A stretch of DNA of 64,000 nucleotides from Eledone cirrhosa (GCA_964016885.1 OZ024743.1:8494001-8558000); one strand, 5' to 3'; shown: positions 1 to 16,038, counted from the stretch's first letter. Translations and numbers: made by a program. The notes: a model not told the origin generated them from the letters alone.

Positions 1-750
1 ACTACCTTACCATTTTATAAGTTACTAATACAAACATCTCTATCACAGTTAATACCACCAGCAAAACAAACACATTGGAACCATAAAAACTACCGGTTCA
101 ACCAAAAGTATTAAGATACAATGAACACTGCCAAAGAATAAATTGGCATCGATATTAAGCTCTTCTCGGAACAAACAAACGTAGAAAAAATAAAAGAAAA
201 ACAAAAATCAAGGAGTGGATGGAAAATTAATATAAGAATAAACATGAGATAAGTGTTGCACGGAGTTTTGAATGTCTTCCATTAGTGAAAGATAGATAAA
301 TTAAGAGAGGGCGTCACTTAGCTTGCGACGTTGCTGCAGTATTCCACAGTCTGACAGCGTGCATGCAATGTGTACATGCAAACGAATGAACCAATAGGCG
401 GGCGGGCCAAAGGGCTCTTGTAATATATAAGTGTAGCTTGGTTCTTATCATAAATGGGTCGATGAAACACAGCCAGTGGTCAGTATCTCTTATCTTCTCT
501 GCCTTTATTTTCCACTTGGATTATTTGACCGGCACCATGACGGAGGAGCCTTCAGAAAAAGACAGACTCAGTCGGTATAATTTGGCAAAAAATGATAGGT
601 AAGTCATTACAGATATTATGTTATTTGTGTTATTAGAGATAAAAAGGTAAATTATTCACGGCCTACCACCAATAGATGCGAGTGGTATACTCCTCAAGGG
701 ACGTGTTTCTACGTATGTTTACATGTATGTGTGTATGCATGTATGCATAT

Positions 751-803
<53 letters not shown>

Positions 804-1226
804 AATATATATCATATACATACATGAATGCAGACACATATATCGAAAAACATACATCCATACATACATGCATATATACATACATAAATAAATACATGCA
901 GTAATGCAAGCATATACACATTCAAACATATACAAAAGTATATTATATGCATGTGTATGTATGTGAGAATGTATTTATGTGTGTATGTAGATATATAGGT
1001 ATAGATATGTATGTTTGTGTGCATGAACGTAAGTTTTTTTGATGAAGATAAAGATATATTTAAGTTATAAAAATGTATACACATAAATATATATATGTGT
1101 GTGTGTGTATGTCTCTATATATATGTATATATATATATATATATGCATACATATTTATACGTATATATATATATATGTGTACATGCATACATATATATAC
1201 ATATATATAAATATGCACACACATAG

Positions 1227-1309
<83 letters not shown>

Positions 1310-1603
1310 AATACAATTATGTATATAGAGATATATAGATATAGATATAAATGCATACATATATACATATGTATATTTATATATACATATACAGACATAT
1401 ACAGGTATAGATGCACATATATATGTATATATATATGTGTGTGTATGTGTGTGTGTGTATATACATATATCCACAGACATGTATGTGTGTGTTCATTATA
1501 TATTACGTAATTATTTAAGATGGTTTCAATATGACTATCTCTACTTTTATCGAAGCTCACCTATGTCTACATATATATTTATATATCTATCGATTTATTT
1601 ACT

Positions 1604-1711
<108 letters not shown>

Positions 1712-1763
1712 GGTAGATGTATCGATGTATATATATAAATATCTATATCGATATATATTTATT

Positions 1764-1821
<58 letters not shown>

Positions 1822-1849
1822 TGTGCGTGTGTTTATATATACACCCAAC

Positions 1850-1942
<93 letters not shown>

Positions 1943-2080
1943 ATATATGTATATATGTATGTTTGATATATATATATATAGAGAGAGAGAGAGTGAGACT
2001 GAAATATCTATACACATACATACATACATACATACATACATACATACATACATACATACATACATACATACATACATACA

Positions 2081-2114
<34 letters not shown>

Positions 2115-2633
2115 CACACACATATATATATACATACAGTCAGACAGACAGAAAGACATGGTGACAGATAGACATCTAGATAGATACCTAGGAAGATGTG
2201 CTATATTAGTGAGAAAGAGGGTGAGGAAGATGTTAATATATTTATGCATAAACATATACACATTTGAAAATCGGTCCATAACTATGTAGAACTGATAATT
2301 ATACACTCTAGAGGTTACATTTCTTTATTTTACTAGTTTCATTCATTAGAGCGAGGCAGCCCTTCAAAGGTGTTTTAGTCTAATATATCGACCTGAGTAC
2401 TTATATCTTTTTGTTGATTTATTTATTACTGAACATAAACCCAGATACTGTCATAAACGTAAACACTGATGGGGACACTCTCATACACATACACACACAA
2501 ACAAACACACACACATACACAGATATATATATATAAAGAGAAAGAGAGTCAGATAGATTGCTAGGTAGATAGATAGATAAATTGATATTCATATATACAT
2601 AATCAACATATATATATATATACATATATATAA

Positions 2634-2734
<101 letters not shown>

Positions 2735-2786
2735 GAGGTTTTTTTTACAAAATGAAAAAAAACGAGGTGTCCTACACGAGTGAGAG

Positions 2787-3560
<774 letters not shown>

Positions 3561-4029
3561 AAAGAATCAGTTGTTATACGACGGTCTTCTGCAGTTCCCA
3601 TCCACCAAATTTCTCTTACAAAAAGCATTGGTTAACCCGAGGCAATAACATAGGTTACCCGAAGTGCCACGTTATGGGAGTGAAACTAAGAATGAAATCT
3701 TTGATAATTTTGCTCCATTTATTGACTAAAGAATGAAAAACTTATAATTTTCCTATACTTTTTAATTATCTATAAGTCTATATTTCTATTTTATACTTAA
3801 TATGTATAAAAACCTCTTTTGAATACATTTATGAATTTAGGTACAAAAAGTGCGCTAAAATAATTTTACTTCAGTGCGCCGTGAATAAAAACCAAAATTT
3901 GGGCATCATGAAATTACATTTTTTTCTATTTTCAATTGTTTTTTTTTTTTAATTTATCAAATCATATAATTATTAATAAAACCTATGCACGTTATATTTT
4001 CGAAAATCTTTGTATCATGTAGTAGCTAT

Positions 4030-4371
4030 ATACTCGCGGGTCCCAAATAATAGGGGGGTTGGAATAAACGGGCGAGTTGGAAAATCGGTAATTTTTCTAG
4101 TTTGTTTCCGTTTACTTTTTAAAAAACCAGAATTAGTCGTTTAGTTTACATATTGAGATCCCCAACCCATCTTATATATTTTATAACGTATGGGATTTCT
4201 AGTAATGTACTTGTATAATGTTTTTTAATGTCTAAAGAAAATTAATTGTCGCAGGAAATAAAAGTTCGCAAAATTAAATAAGCAGGGTTTTGAAATAAGA
4301 GCGGGGGCGGGGGGTGGGTCTGAAAAATTAATAGGCACGGTGGAGGGCGATTATTGGAGACCCGAAAATAC
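4030..4371. mobile_element. Probable pogo/Tigger-like MITE
   Basis: Imperfect TIRs tactcgcgggtcccaaataat / reverse complement tattttcgggtctccaataat. Confidence 0.4.
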
Positions 4372-5300
4372 AATAAATATTAGATAGCTACTACACCCTA
4401 CCTATTAATACAGTATTGAAATATGTGTTCATAGTTTTTATGTTTGTTTTAGTTAATGCAGCGAACAATCTGATATGGTGTAAATAAATATACAATTGAA
4501 CCATAATTCACATACATGCATGTGTAGGTACACCCATTCATATATACATACACTCTAGCATTCTTATACACACCTGTGAATGTGTATGTATATATATGTA
4601 TGTGTTTATACATATATATATATGTTTGTATGTGTGTATATATATATATACTGTATAATGTCGGGTTACTCTTGAGTGCTACTGGTAAGATGTAACCCAG
4701 TACAACCTGTCGCATGGTTGGGTCGTCGGCGACTAAACCGGCAACCCCACCAAGTTTACTTGGTGAGGAGGGTGATTTGGGGCACCCTGCGGGACAAAAA
4801 ACTAAACCTGACAAAGGGCGGAAGAACTCATAAGAGTCAACGGCCATCGGAAAGTGTGTAAATATGTATATACACATGTACATATGTATGTATATGTATA
4901 TGTGTATATACATGGGTGCATGTGTATGTATATGCGCAGGGACATAGAAATAGTCTGGCTGGACACCCGATCGCGTGGTTAAACCACTGAGTGAAGGACC
5001 CCTAGCCTTTGTCAGGGCATTCTTCTAGGAGAAGGCAACTCAGGAAACTGGGATAACTCCGATATAAAACCTGCGGCTCAGTAGTTACCGATGATGTTGA
5101 TCTTTTCTTTTTTTCGGATTACAGCTACTGTCGCTCAGAGAGTGGGATTGGCTCAGTGCACAGTCTTTCCTCACTTAAAAAAAATCTTCACGCACAGGCA
5201 TTGCACGATAGAATTAATTAATAATTATTAATAATGGTATATCGTACAATGGCCATACTCGATAACGAGGGGGCAGCCATCATAAATATATATATATATA

Positions 5301-5398
5301 CAGGATGTCCCCAAAAATGTATACACACTTGAACAGCATTCAAATAAATATTGCCTTTACAGATAATCAACGTATGTATACATTTTTGGGACACACTG
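5301..5398. mobile_element. Tc1/mariner-type MITE (~98 bp), TA flanks
   Basis: TIRs CAGGATGTCCCCAAAAATGTATACA / reverse complement CAGTGTGTCCCAAAAATGTATACA. Confidence 0.7.
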
Positions 5399-5404
5399 TA
5401 TATT

Positions 5405-5478
<74 letters not shown>

Positions 5479-5849
5479 TCTGTGTGTGCATATAACTTAC
5501 ATCTAAATAATACTAAAAGTATTAGAACATTAGTTACAATTATGTGTGTGTGTCTGTGTGAATGTGTGCATGGATGTGTGCCTTCCTGTGCGTGAGTGTG
5601 TAAGTACTTAACCACGTGGCGAAGTTGTGAGAGAATGGTTGACAATTTTTCTTTGTATTAACGATTTTTCTTTTCTGATTATGATATTAATTATGGGCAA
5701 GGGATTTTTACAGTAGCTCCATGTCGACTTTGTAAGTGAAGGTGGGGAGAAGGAAAGTGTTTGGAACTTTGTACTTGTAATTCAAAGATTCAGCTTTTCA
5801 CTTGCTCTTGTCACAGTGATACCGATATATACTCTATATGTATGGATGC

Positions 5850-5916
<67 letters not shown>

Positions 5917-5945
5917 AAAGAATAGAGGTGTAACACACAAGTTAT

Positions 5946-6203
5946 TATATATTGGTAAACGGAATAGAAAATGCTGACAAATTGTTCACAGTTGAAAAAT
6001 GGTTTAATTAGGAATAAAATATTAGTGATTGTATGGGTTAGTATTCAGTTGTGGTTTTAAGTTTTTAAGTTTTTACCGGTTGCGCATTTCTAAATGCTTT
6101 TCAAAAATAATTTTGAGATAGAGTGTCCGTGCTGTTTGCTTTTATTCCTAATTAAACCATTTTTCAACTGTGAACAATTTGTCAGCATTTTCTATTCCGT
6201 TTA

Positions 6204-6213
<10 letters not shown>
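5946..6213. repeat. Fold-back (~73-bp perfect arms) in (TA)n
   Basis: tattggtaaacggaatag...ggaataaa / tttattcc...ccgtttaccaata. Confidence 0.85.
6070..6110 (-). ncRNA. Degenerate or variant minimal hammerhead (U3:A8 core, GCAA instead of GAAA)
   Basis: Reverse complement reads TTT-TTGAAAA-GCATT(taga)AATGC-GCAA-CCGG-TA-AAA. It sits in the spacer of the fold-back at 5946-6213. Confidence 0.45.
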
Positions 6214-6256
<43 letters not shown>

Positions 6257-6319
6257 TAAAATAACAGATTAAAGTTTAAGCAAAGAATCGGTGCTTTCAT
6301 CCTTAATTTTAGTCTTCAA

Positions 6320-6373
<54 letters not shown>

Positions 6374-6485
6374 TACATATATATATATATTTGGGGAGGG
6401 TCATTTTGTCCTAATATTTCCAGAAACATTTCATATCAAAAACCTTGCAAAAGAAGTACATCACCGCTATACATATATATATACA

Positions 6486-6548
<63 letters not shown>

Positions 6549-6644
6549 CGCGTGTGTGCGTGTGTGTGCGTGTGTATGCGTGTATGCATGTATGTATGAC
6601 TGTTTGTATATATGTATGTATCTTCTTTTGGTTTTATAATTTTA

Positions 6645-8010
<1,366 letters not shown>

Positions 8011-8052
8011 TACATTTTTAGCAATAGAAACAGTCAGTTTCTAACATAGACG

Positions 8053-8362
8053 ACTGGGGTGGAGCTTATCAAATCAAACCGAGGAAACAATTGTTATTAT
8101 CTATCGGTGGCAAATCCAGGCAGATGGAGCAACGCAAAATAAAGTGTCTTGCTCAAGGAGGTAACGTATCGCTCGGAACGGGAATCGAAATCCAATTCTC
8201 TAACCACTAAGCTACACGCTGAGTGGTAAGAGAATTGGATTTGAAATCGTGAGATTGAGCAAGACATTTTATTTCGCGTTGCTCCTTCTGTCTGGATTTG
8301 CCACTGATAGATAGTATTAGCAATTGTTTCCTCGGTCTCATTTGATGAGCTCCACCCCACTC
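8053..8362. mobile_element. Head-to-head inverted pair of SINE family B
   Basis: 8053-8219 (-) and 8219-8362 (+) are diverged reverse complements that share the tRNA head. Confidence 0.7.
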
Positions 8363-8558
8363 GTTAAGCGAATGAGTTCTGGGGTCATTTCTTATATGAG
8401 GATATGGTCCGAAATCAATAGATGTGTCCGAGGAACCTGCGAGACTAGAGTCAGGTAGATCCATACATGGATCGCACCTCGAGCTGTTCGTCGGGGAAAG
8501 AATTGTAACACACAATAAATTGAGTTCCGATGCATTACTGATTTTTTGTTTTCCATTC

Positions 8559-8652
<94 letters not shown>

Positions 8653-8659
8653 CAAATGT

Positions 8660-8860
8660 AGCTTGACAACGAAAAGAAGTAGCGTACTCAATGGCCATAT
8701 AAACAGAAGTGACAGTTTGGAGAAGCTGATTCTTTGTGGAAAAATCGTAGGAAAGAGGAGACAAGGAATACAAAGACAAATATTTACAGTCTAAACACCG
8801 ACAACAGGGGGAGCTGGAGAGTCATGATCACTGATATCTGGAACAGGCATGGCACCTAAT
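8660..8860 (+). mobile_element. RTE LINE 3' fragment
   Basis: GHINRSDSLEKLILCGKIVGKRRQG. Confidence 0.55.
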
Positions 8861-8907
8861 GATGAGATATTGTAATAGCTATCTATCTAGCTAGCTAGCT
8901 AGCTAGC

Positions 8908-8974
<67 letters not shown>

Positions 8975-9205
8975 ATTTCTATTTATTTGCCACGAGGGCA
9001 CAAAAGAAGGGGACATTTACACAGTGGGGGAGTTTACATAAATCGAGTAAAGAAAAAAGGAATAACAATAATAATATAACAATAAAAAGTCCTCAAAAGG
9101 GAGGGGGCGTGTTGGGGATTGCACATACCCCCGAAAAGTGTGCAACTCTTTTCGCGGGGGAAGCCCAGAGAGGAGGCGCTCCCCCTTTCCTCTTCACTTC
9201 TTCAC

Positions 9206-12200
9206 CTACAGAACAATGTAGAGAGAAGGCCCATTTACACGGGCCATTCTCGCTTCTTTCACCCACCTTTCATAAAACTGTCTGGGACCAAGCACTTCTC
9301 TCTCCATCCTGATTCTTCTTCCGAAGTGGTATCGGAAGAAGTAAACCAGGTGATGGCCGGAGAGAAAGTCACCCGACCTCAGACCTTTCAGGCGCGTCCA
9401 CCACACAACCTCTTTCATCATGGCTATTACGCACAGAAAGACCGCCTCTGCTTCATTTCTGAAGGGAGGAGGCGGCTTGATGTTCACCACAGACTCGGCG
9501 GTTAATCGAATCGGCGCCACACGCGACAGCAGTCGTTCGACGTAGCCCCACAGATCGGCAACGCCCGGGCAGTGTACCAGTGCATGCGCAACGGTTTCCT
9601 CGTCGCGCACGCATCTGGGACAGATCTTTTTCGCGGGATCCCTGCCCGGGCGCCCGTGTCTGTAGAGCTTTTCTCGAACGGGCAGAGCCCCCCGGTAACA
9701 CTGCCAGGCTAGGGACCTCTGGAAGTTGTCCATGGGTCCCGGGCCGAAAGTTCTACCGAACAGGCTGGCCAGTTCGTCCTCCTCCATGCCTAGCGACTCT
9801 CCAAGGGTGTCGTCGCCCCTGCTAGCCACCAACCCTCTATAGAATGTCGAGGTGGATTCTCCACTGACAGTCGGGTCCGCTTGCCAGATAGCCGTGAGCG
9901 CCTGGGCACACTCGGTGTGCCAGTTGCCCAGTTTTCTCGGTCTTTGCTTCACCCAGGATTGCAGTTCGGTGAGCGAGACGAGCTGTGGGAAGGCTCGCCT
10001 CACAAATGGGGCCCACACCGGCTGACCGTTGAGGAATACCTGTAGATGCCGTAGCCTCAATGCGTGCCTACGCATCAACATCCACGGCATACCCAGCCCT
10101 CCTTTCGAAGGGTGCTGGCAGCAGATGGATCTCCTCACCATGGGAGGCCGCTTCTTCCAGAGGAACTGGAAGAGCATGCGTTCCATGATGGTGAGCTTTT
10201 CCTTGGGGCAAGGCACGACGGTCAGGCGGTAGTAGATGACGGACGCTATGTAAGCGTTCGTCACCTCCGCCCGACCTTTCAGTGATAGTTTGCACTTGGC
10301 CCACTTCTGGGTCAGCGCAAATACCCTGCTCGTCACCTCGCCCCAATTCTTCTCCACCTGGAGGTCCGGTCCGAACCAGACCCCGAGCAGCTTCACCGGG
10401 CCCTCCGTCCACCGCCCGACGACACCGTCTAACGGCATCGGTTTGCCCCTCCACGTTCCGAGTTGCAAACCGACTGACTTGTCCTGGTTCAGCTTAGCCC
10501 CCGTCAGCCTTTCGTATTCCTCCAGTAGGGTGGCGATCGCCCCGATTTCCGAGGCGTCCGCCACCATTACTGTTACGTCGTCGGCATAGGCCGAGACCGC
10601 TTTGTGCAATCCCGGTTCCAGGGGTATGCCCCGCAGCAACTCCAACTTCCGCAGCAGTGGCTCGAGAGTCAATACGTACAGAAGGGAGGAGAGGGGGCAC
10701 CCCTGTCTGATGGATCGGGTGATTTGAAACGGCTCCGAGAGGTAGCCGTTTACTTTAATCCTAGAGTAGATGTTGCCACTGTGCATGGTAGAAATCCAGC
10801 CCCTGAAAACGGGTCCGAAGCCCACCGCCGCTAGCACCGCATCCAGGTAACCATGGTCGACCCTATCGAACGCCTTAGATTGATCCAAGTTGATCAGGGC
10901 CCCACCAAAGCCGGGTTCGTAGCCAACCCTCTCTATGATGTATCGCATGAGGTGGAGGTTGTCGTGAATGGACCTGGACGGGATAGCGCATGTCTGCGCG
11001 TCTCCCACCAAACCACCCACCACAAGCGCCAACCTCTTCGCCAACACCTTGGCCAAAATCTGTAACTCTGCATTCAGCAGAGTTATGGGCCTAAAGTTAC
11101 TTAAGTCGTCCCCCTTGCTCTCGTCCTTCCTCACTAGCGTGACCACGCCCTTGGTCACAGAACAGGGAATTCTCCCGTTCTGTTGCCAGTTGCAATAGAC
11201 AGCCTCGAGGAGTTCGGAGAACAAGACCGGCATAGCTAAATAAAGTTCGTATGGTAGACCATCGTGACCCGGGGATTTGCGTCTGCTGCATTGGCTGAGC
11301 GCTTCCCCGATTTCAGTGGCTGTGATTGGCCTTTCGCAGCACTTCGCTTCGCCGCTCGAAAGACGCGGTAGACCGTCGAGGTATGGACCGAAGTCCACAT
11401 CCCCGTCCGGCCCCCCGCCACCTCCGAACAGTCGAGCAAAGTGCCTTTGAAAGGTCTCGCACATTCGCTCAGGTTCAAGGATCACCCGTCCATCCTGGTC
11501 TCACAAAAACCGAATGGTGGATTTAATCCCACTCTTGGCTTCTGTCACGCGGGCCCAGCTAACAGCTTTGGTCCCCTCGTTTCCTAAAGCACGTATTTTA
11601 CTTCGGACAACGCAGCCTTCGTGCTTCGCGTCAAAGAACTGGCTCAATGCCGTTCTCGTCGCTAACACTTTGGCTACGTCTCCGCTCCTAATCGCCTCTT
11701 CTAGTTTATCTGTTAACTCCCTTTCCCTCCTATTTCTATTCGCCGCTAGTTCCTTACTGTAACCTATCGAACTTACTCTAATCTCTCTCTTTAGAGATAT
11801 CCACCACCTACTGTTGACGATCGCTCCCGTCAACCGCATCTTAACTAAGCTACTAATCCGGTTTCTGTAATCTTTCTTTGTCGGTAAGGACAAGTTCATC
11901 TTCCAGTAACCGGGACCCTGTCTATGCGTTCTATCAAGGTTGACCACGCAGGTCACTAATTTGTGATCTGAATAGCCAACCATGATCAGTTCTGGACAAC
12001 TAAATACGTCCCTATCCTTACTCCTAACCAAAAACCTATCTAGGTACGATCTAGATTGTCCACTGCGGTTTGCCCAGGTCCAGGTTGGCGCAGTTGGACA
12101 ATCTAGTCGAAATCTATCGACCAGGTCGAATCGATCGAGTAACCCCTTGAGGCTGCTACACCCCCCTCTATCGGGACATGCCCCTGCATAGTCCCAACGC

Positions 12201-12640
12201 GCATCTAGGATTCCATTCCAGTCCCCCACTAAAAGCAGGGAACGCGACGTTCCTAGAAAAGTCTCCAGACGCTGGAAGAAGACGGCTCTTTCCGCCCCGA
12301 AGGGAGCATAAAGACCGACCAGTCTGAAAGCCCCGCCTTCACCGCCTCCGACGTCCAGCACCAGTAATCGACCCCCCGGGTCCGAGTGAACAATCTGTAC
12401 GTCGAGAGTCAGACGTTTATCCAGCAGTACGGCAACTCCCCCCCCCCCCCCGCCTCCGGGTTGACAGAGAGATGCGTGCATCTCAAAGTCATCGAAGGCG
12501 GGCGCCAGCTGTCTCACGCTGCTGATCCGACTCTCGCAAACAACCATCACATCTATACTTTGTGACCTGAGGTCACTTAGAAGCTTTGCTTGCTTCCAAG
12601 CTGAGCCCAGGCCACGCGCGTTCAAACAGCCTACTCTCAA
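9206..12640 (-). pseudogene. LINE ORF2 (apurinic endonuclease + reverse transcriptase + C-terminal zinc finger) with one in-frame TGA
   Basis: APE motifs LNARGL, GDWN, SYLDRF, SDH. RT motifs FRPITLLN, LDQSKAFDRVDH, QGCPLS, YADD. C-terminal CPRC...HALVHC. ORFs 11501..12640 and 9206..11485 share a frame and are separated by TGA at 11501-11503. Confidence 0.93.
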
Positions 12641-12645
12641 TTGAT

Positions 12646-14498
12646 CTATTTTGGTGTTGAAAGTGAAGAAAGAAAAGCACTTACCTCTCCGGGTTGCGTA
12701 ATTTCCATGGCATCAGGTGTGTTGGGTGGAGGGATGTTTTGTGGTGGTGTGGGGGTACACGTGTGTGGTGGGGTTGGGGTATTTGGAGTTGTGTCAGGGA
12801 GAGGGGCGGTTATGGGGAAATCTTTCAAGAGGACGCGATTCAACGGTTTTAAACAGGGGGGGCTCACGTCCCGTCTAAATTGTTCTTTTAAGGAACGATA
12901 AAGGTCCAGAGGGACCTTTATCATTTTTAAATGGGTGAAGTTCTCTGTTGAGATAAAGTTTGGCCCTTCGGTCTGCACCATAGGGTTATTGTTTATTAAT
13001 TTAACCAGTTTTTTGTTTTCTTTATTTATATATGTGTATTGCAACGTCTTTTTTTGTGATGCTGTCAATGTTTCGGAGAGGGGAGGCGCAGATTTATTTT
13101 TGTTTGTTGAGGGTGGGGTGTTTTTGATTGGAGTTGGTGTTTGTGTGTGGGTTATTTGTGGTGTGCTGGGTGTGTGTTTTCTTTTTTTTCTTTTAACTTG
13201 TCTGAAGGCTTCTCCTCCTTCTTCTTCAGAAGTTGGGGGAAACTCTTCAGCGCTAGGTGGGAGGGACGTGTTGTGTGGTTGTTTTTTTTTTGCGGGAGGG
13301 GTAGATTTGTTACTGTTTTTTTTTATTATTTGTTTGGAATGGGTTTTGTGGTGGTGGTGGTAATGTTTGTGTCGTGCTTGTGGTTGGTGATGGTGGTGTT
13401 TGTGTTGTGGTTGGTAGTGGTGTTTTTTGTGTCGTGCTTGTGTTTGGTGCTGGTGGTGGTGATGTTTGTGTTGTGTTTGTGGTTGGTGGTGTCTGTATTT
13501 TGTTTGCTGTGTGGTATTAGTGTATTTTTGGAGGTGGGTGGTGTTGGTGTACTGTTTGTGGTGGGTGTGGGCAATAGTCCTTTTTGGGGGATACGTTTCG
13601 GGCAGTTAGCCTTAACGTGTCCCCTTTCCATGCATAAATAGCATGCTGGTCTTCTCCCCTCTACAATTATGTCTATTGGGGTAAGGTCATCCAGCCAGAT
13701 GCGATCCGGGATTTGTGCTATTCTTTCGGGCCTCATTTGGACTAGTATGTCGAGGCCCATTCCCAGGAACGCATCTCCAGTTGCCTTCCCCATTGACAGC
13801 ATTGTGTCTTCGCCCATATCAATGAAGCCAGCAATAGCCCACCAGAAGTCCATTGTGGGCAGCATTGTTTTTACTTTTACTCTCTGTGTTCTTCTACCCA
13901 TGTAGGAGGGATAGAAGCTATATGTTGTCGATGAGAGTGGGCTTAAGGAAAGCTTCTCCGCTGTTTCCTTGTCTCTTGTTAGGACCGAAATGCTGCCATA
14001 GAGTCGGTCCTTTCGTATGAAGAGAATATTTTTCATATAGTCTTTTAGGACTAACTCTATTTCCATTTGGCTGGGCTGTGCTGGCTTTCTTGTCTGGTTC
14101 AGTATAGTTCTGTAGAGAACTGTGTTTTCTGCTCTGGCTTTCTTGAATTCTGGGGGGGAGTTAATGGAAAACATTCCGTTCTCCCCCAAAACAATGTGTT
14201 TCTTTGCTTCGGCCAGTTTTTCTCTGGCGGCAGTTAGGTCAATTGGTGTGTATGTAATGGATTGTTTTGTTTTCTGGGCGAAAGTTGCCCTGTTGTTATT
14301 TGTATTATTTTCTGTTTGTTTGTTTTCTGTTTGCTCATTTTCCTTAACATTTGTTTTTTCATTTTCTTTGTTTGTTTCATTGTGTAATTTTGTTGTAATT
14401 ATTTTTTGTTCTTCAGACTTGGGGGGCGTGGCAGAGCTAATGGCAGACATGTCTGCCATCTTTTCCGCCATGCTGCCAAGAAAGAAATTTTTCGGCAA
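12646..14498 (-). pseudogene. LINE ORF1 (gag-like zinc knuckle), split by one frameshift
   Basis: CYLCMERGHVKANC = CX2CX4HX4C in ORF 13326..14498. The 12646..13068 frame stays open upstream to ~13370, so a single frameshift in the low-complexity Thr/His repeat would join the two. Confidence 0.8.
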
Positions 14499-14697
14499 AA
14501 ATAGATATTTATTTTACCCCCTAAAAAGGGGGTAAATGCAAAAATGTTTCCCTAAAAAACAGGGGTTAGTGTTCCAAATGTGTTGCACTGAAAAATTTAT
14601 CCGGTACTTACAATAGTAAGGGTAAATCCCGATGGAATAGCGGAGCCGATGTGAAGCGTGTCTTACTCTATCAAGATAGATAGATAGATAGATAGAT

Positions 14698-15077
14698 ATG
14701 TTTCTTTTATTTGCCACCAGGGCATCAAAAGTGGGACAAGTACAATGGGGGGAGTTTACAAAACAAGGCGTCCTCAATAAGGAGGAGGCAATAACAATAT
14801 ATAAAAATAAAATAAAATATAACAATAAAATTTATAACAAAATCCTCAATAGAGAGGAGGCGCCTTGGGGGTCGCACACACCCCCGAAAAAAAGTGTGCA
14901 ACCCTTTTCCTCAGGAGCACAGAGAGAGGGTGCTCCCTTGGTCTTTCATCTTCCTCACCTATAGTCTGATGTAGAGTGAAGGCCCATTCACACGGGCCAT
15001 TCTCGCCACTTTCACCCATCTTTCATAGAAACGGCTGGGGTGCAGCACCTCTCTCTCCATCCTGATCCTTCTTCCGA
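14698..15077 (-). mobile_element. 5'-truncated Tx1-clade LINE 3' end, (GATA)n on both sides
   Basis: Encodes FGRRIRMEREVLHPSRFYERWVKVARMARVNGPSLYIRL, nearly identical to the ORF2 C-terminus of the 8975-14673 element, plus a homologous 3' UTR. Confidence 0.9.
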
Positions 15078-15132
<55 letters not shown>

Positions 15133-15373
15133 TATTTCTTTATTAGCCACAGGGGCACAAAAGAAGGGGACAAATACAAAGGGGGAAGTTTACATACAAT
15201 AAAAACGTGTAAAATGTTATCACAGATGGGATTTAAAAGTTAGTCGATTTTCCCCAATAGAGGGAGACAGTTTATATGGGTAACACAGACCCCCGAAAAA
15301 AATGTGCAACCCTCATCTCCAGGAGTACGAAGAGCTTGTACTCCTTTCCTCTCCTCCTCCTTTTCCTCAACCT

Positions 15374-15375
<2 letters not shown>
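15133..15375 (-). mobile_element. 5'-truncated Tx1-clade LINE 3' UTR, (GATA)n on both sides
   Basis: tttctttattagccacaggggcacaaaagaagggg... is nearly identical to 3190-3430 and homologous to the full element's 3' UTR. Confidence 0.88.
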
Positions 15376-15435
<60 letters not shown>

Positions 15436-15811
15436 GGGGAATTTTCTCATTAAACTAAGGAGATCGCTACCCAATAAAGTACTCACAAGGATATAAAACT
15501 GAAATACGAATCTAATGCCTCACATTAGATATTCCCTGTCAATTATTTTCAACTCCTCCTTTTTCCCATTTGATGACCTTCTGAAGCTTTTGATCTTTTT
15601 GTTCACAAAACATGCTGCGAAAAAATATGTCTTCTTTTCTTCGTATAAGTTTCCAAAGAAATGAACTTTTATTTATTGTGGTGGATCCTTTTGATAAGTG
15701 CGTAACTTGTGACACTCATTTTCTCCCTAAAAATGTTGCTCTGGCTTAAACTTTAAGTACAACCTACTTTAAGTCTCACTACAACAGAAAAAGAAAACTA
15801 ATATATATATA

Positions 15812-15927
15812 TATTAAAATTTAAGCAAAGAATCGCTGCTTTCACCCTTAAAGGGATCTTCAGAAGATCCCGTTAAGGGTGAAAGCAGCGATTCTTTGCT
15901 TAAACTTTAATGTTATTTTAATAAATA
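15812..15927. repeat. Fold-back of the Penelope pLTR terminus (apex at the CAGAAGA core)
   Basis: ttaagcaaagaatcgctgctttcaccctt..gggatcttc / agaagatcccgttaagggtgaaagcagcgattctttgcttaa. Confidence 0.85.
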
Positions 15928-15982
15928 TTTATATACATATATATATATACATACACACATATATATATATACACACACACAC

Positions 15983-16038
<56 letters not shown>

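Larger units (their letters stand above)
8975..14673 (-). mobile_element. Near full-length Tx1/L1-clade non-LTR retrotransposon (~5.7 kb) embedded in (GATA)n
   Basis: ORF1 with a CCHC knuckle, ORF2 with APE-RT-zinc finger, 3' UTR ending AATAAATAGAAATT then (TATC)n. (GATA)n lies on both flanks (~8909-8973 and ~14675-14698). Confidence 0.93.

Noticed and set aside
1-660. Possible Penelope 3' remnant or promoter (CCAAT, GC box, TATA-like at 391-430)
   Set aside because: No diagnostic protein motif, no complete ribozyme fold and no downstream gene to support it.
12646-12684. 39-nt GT...AG intron fusing LINE ORF1 to ORF2
   Set aside because: Splicing gives GAG ATC AAT TGA, which is out of frame with ORF2.
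9109-14535. Numerous + strand ORFs over the LINE
   Set aside because: Antisense shadows of the GC-rich ORF1/ORF2 with no recognisable motifs.
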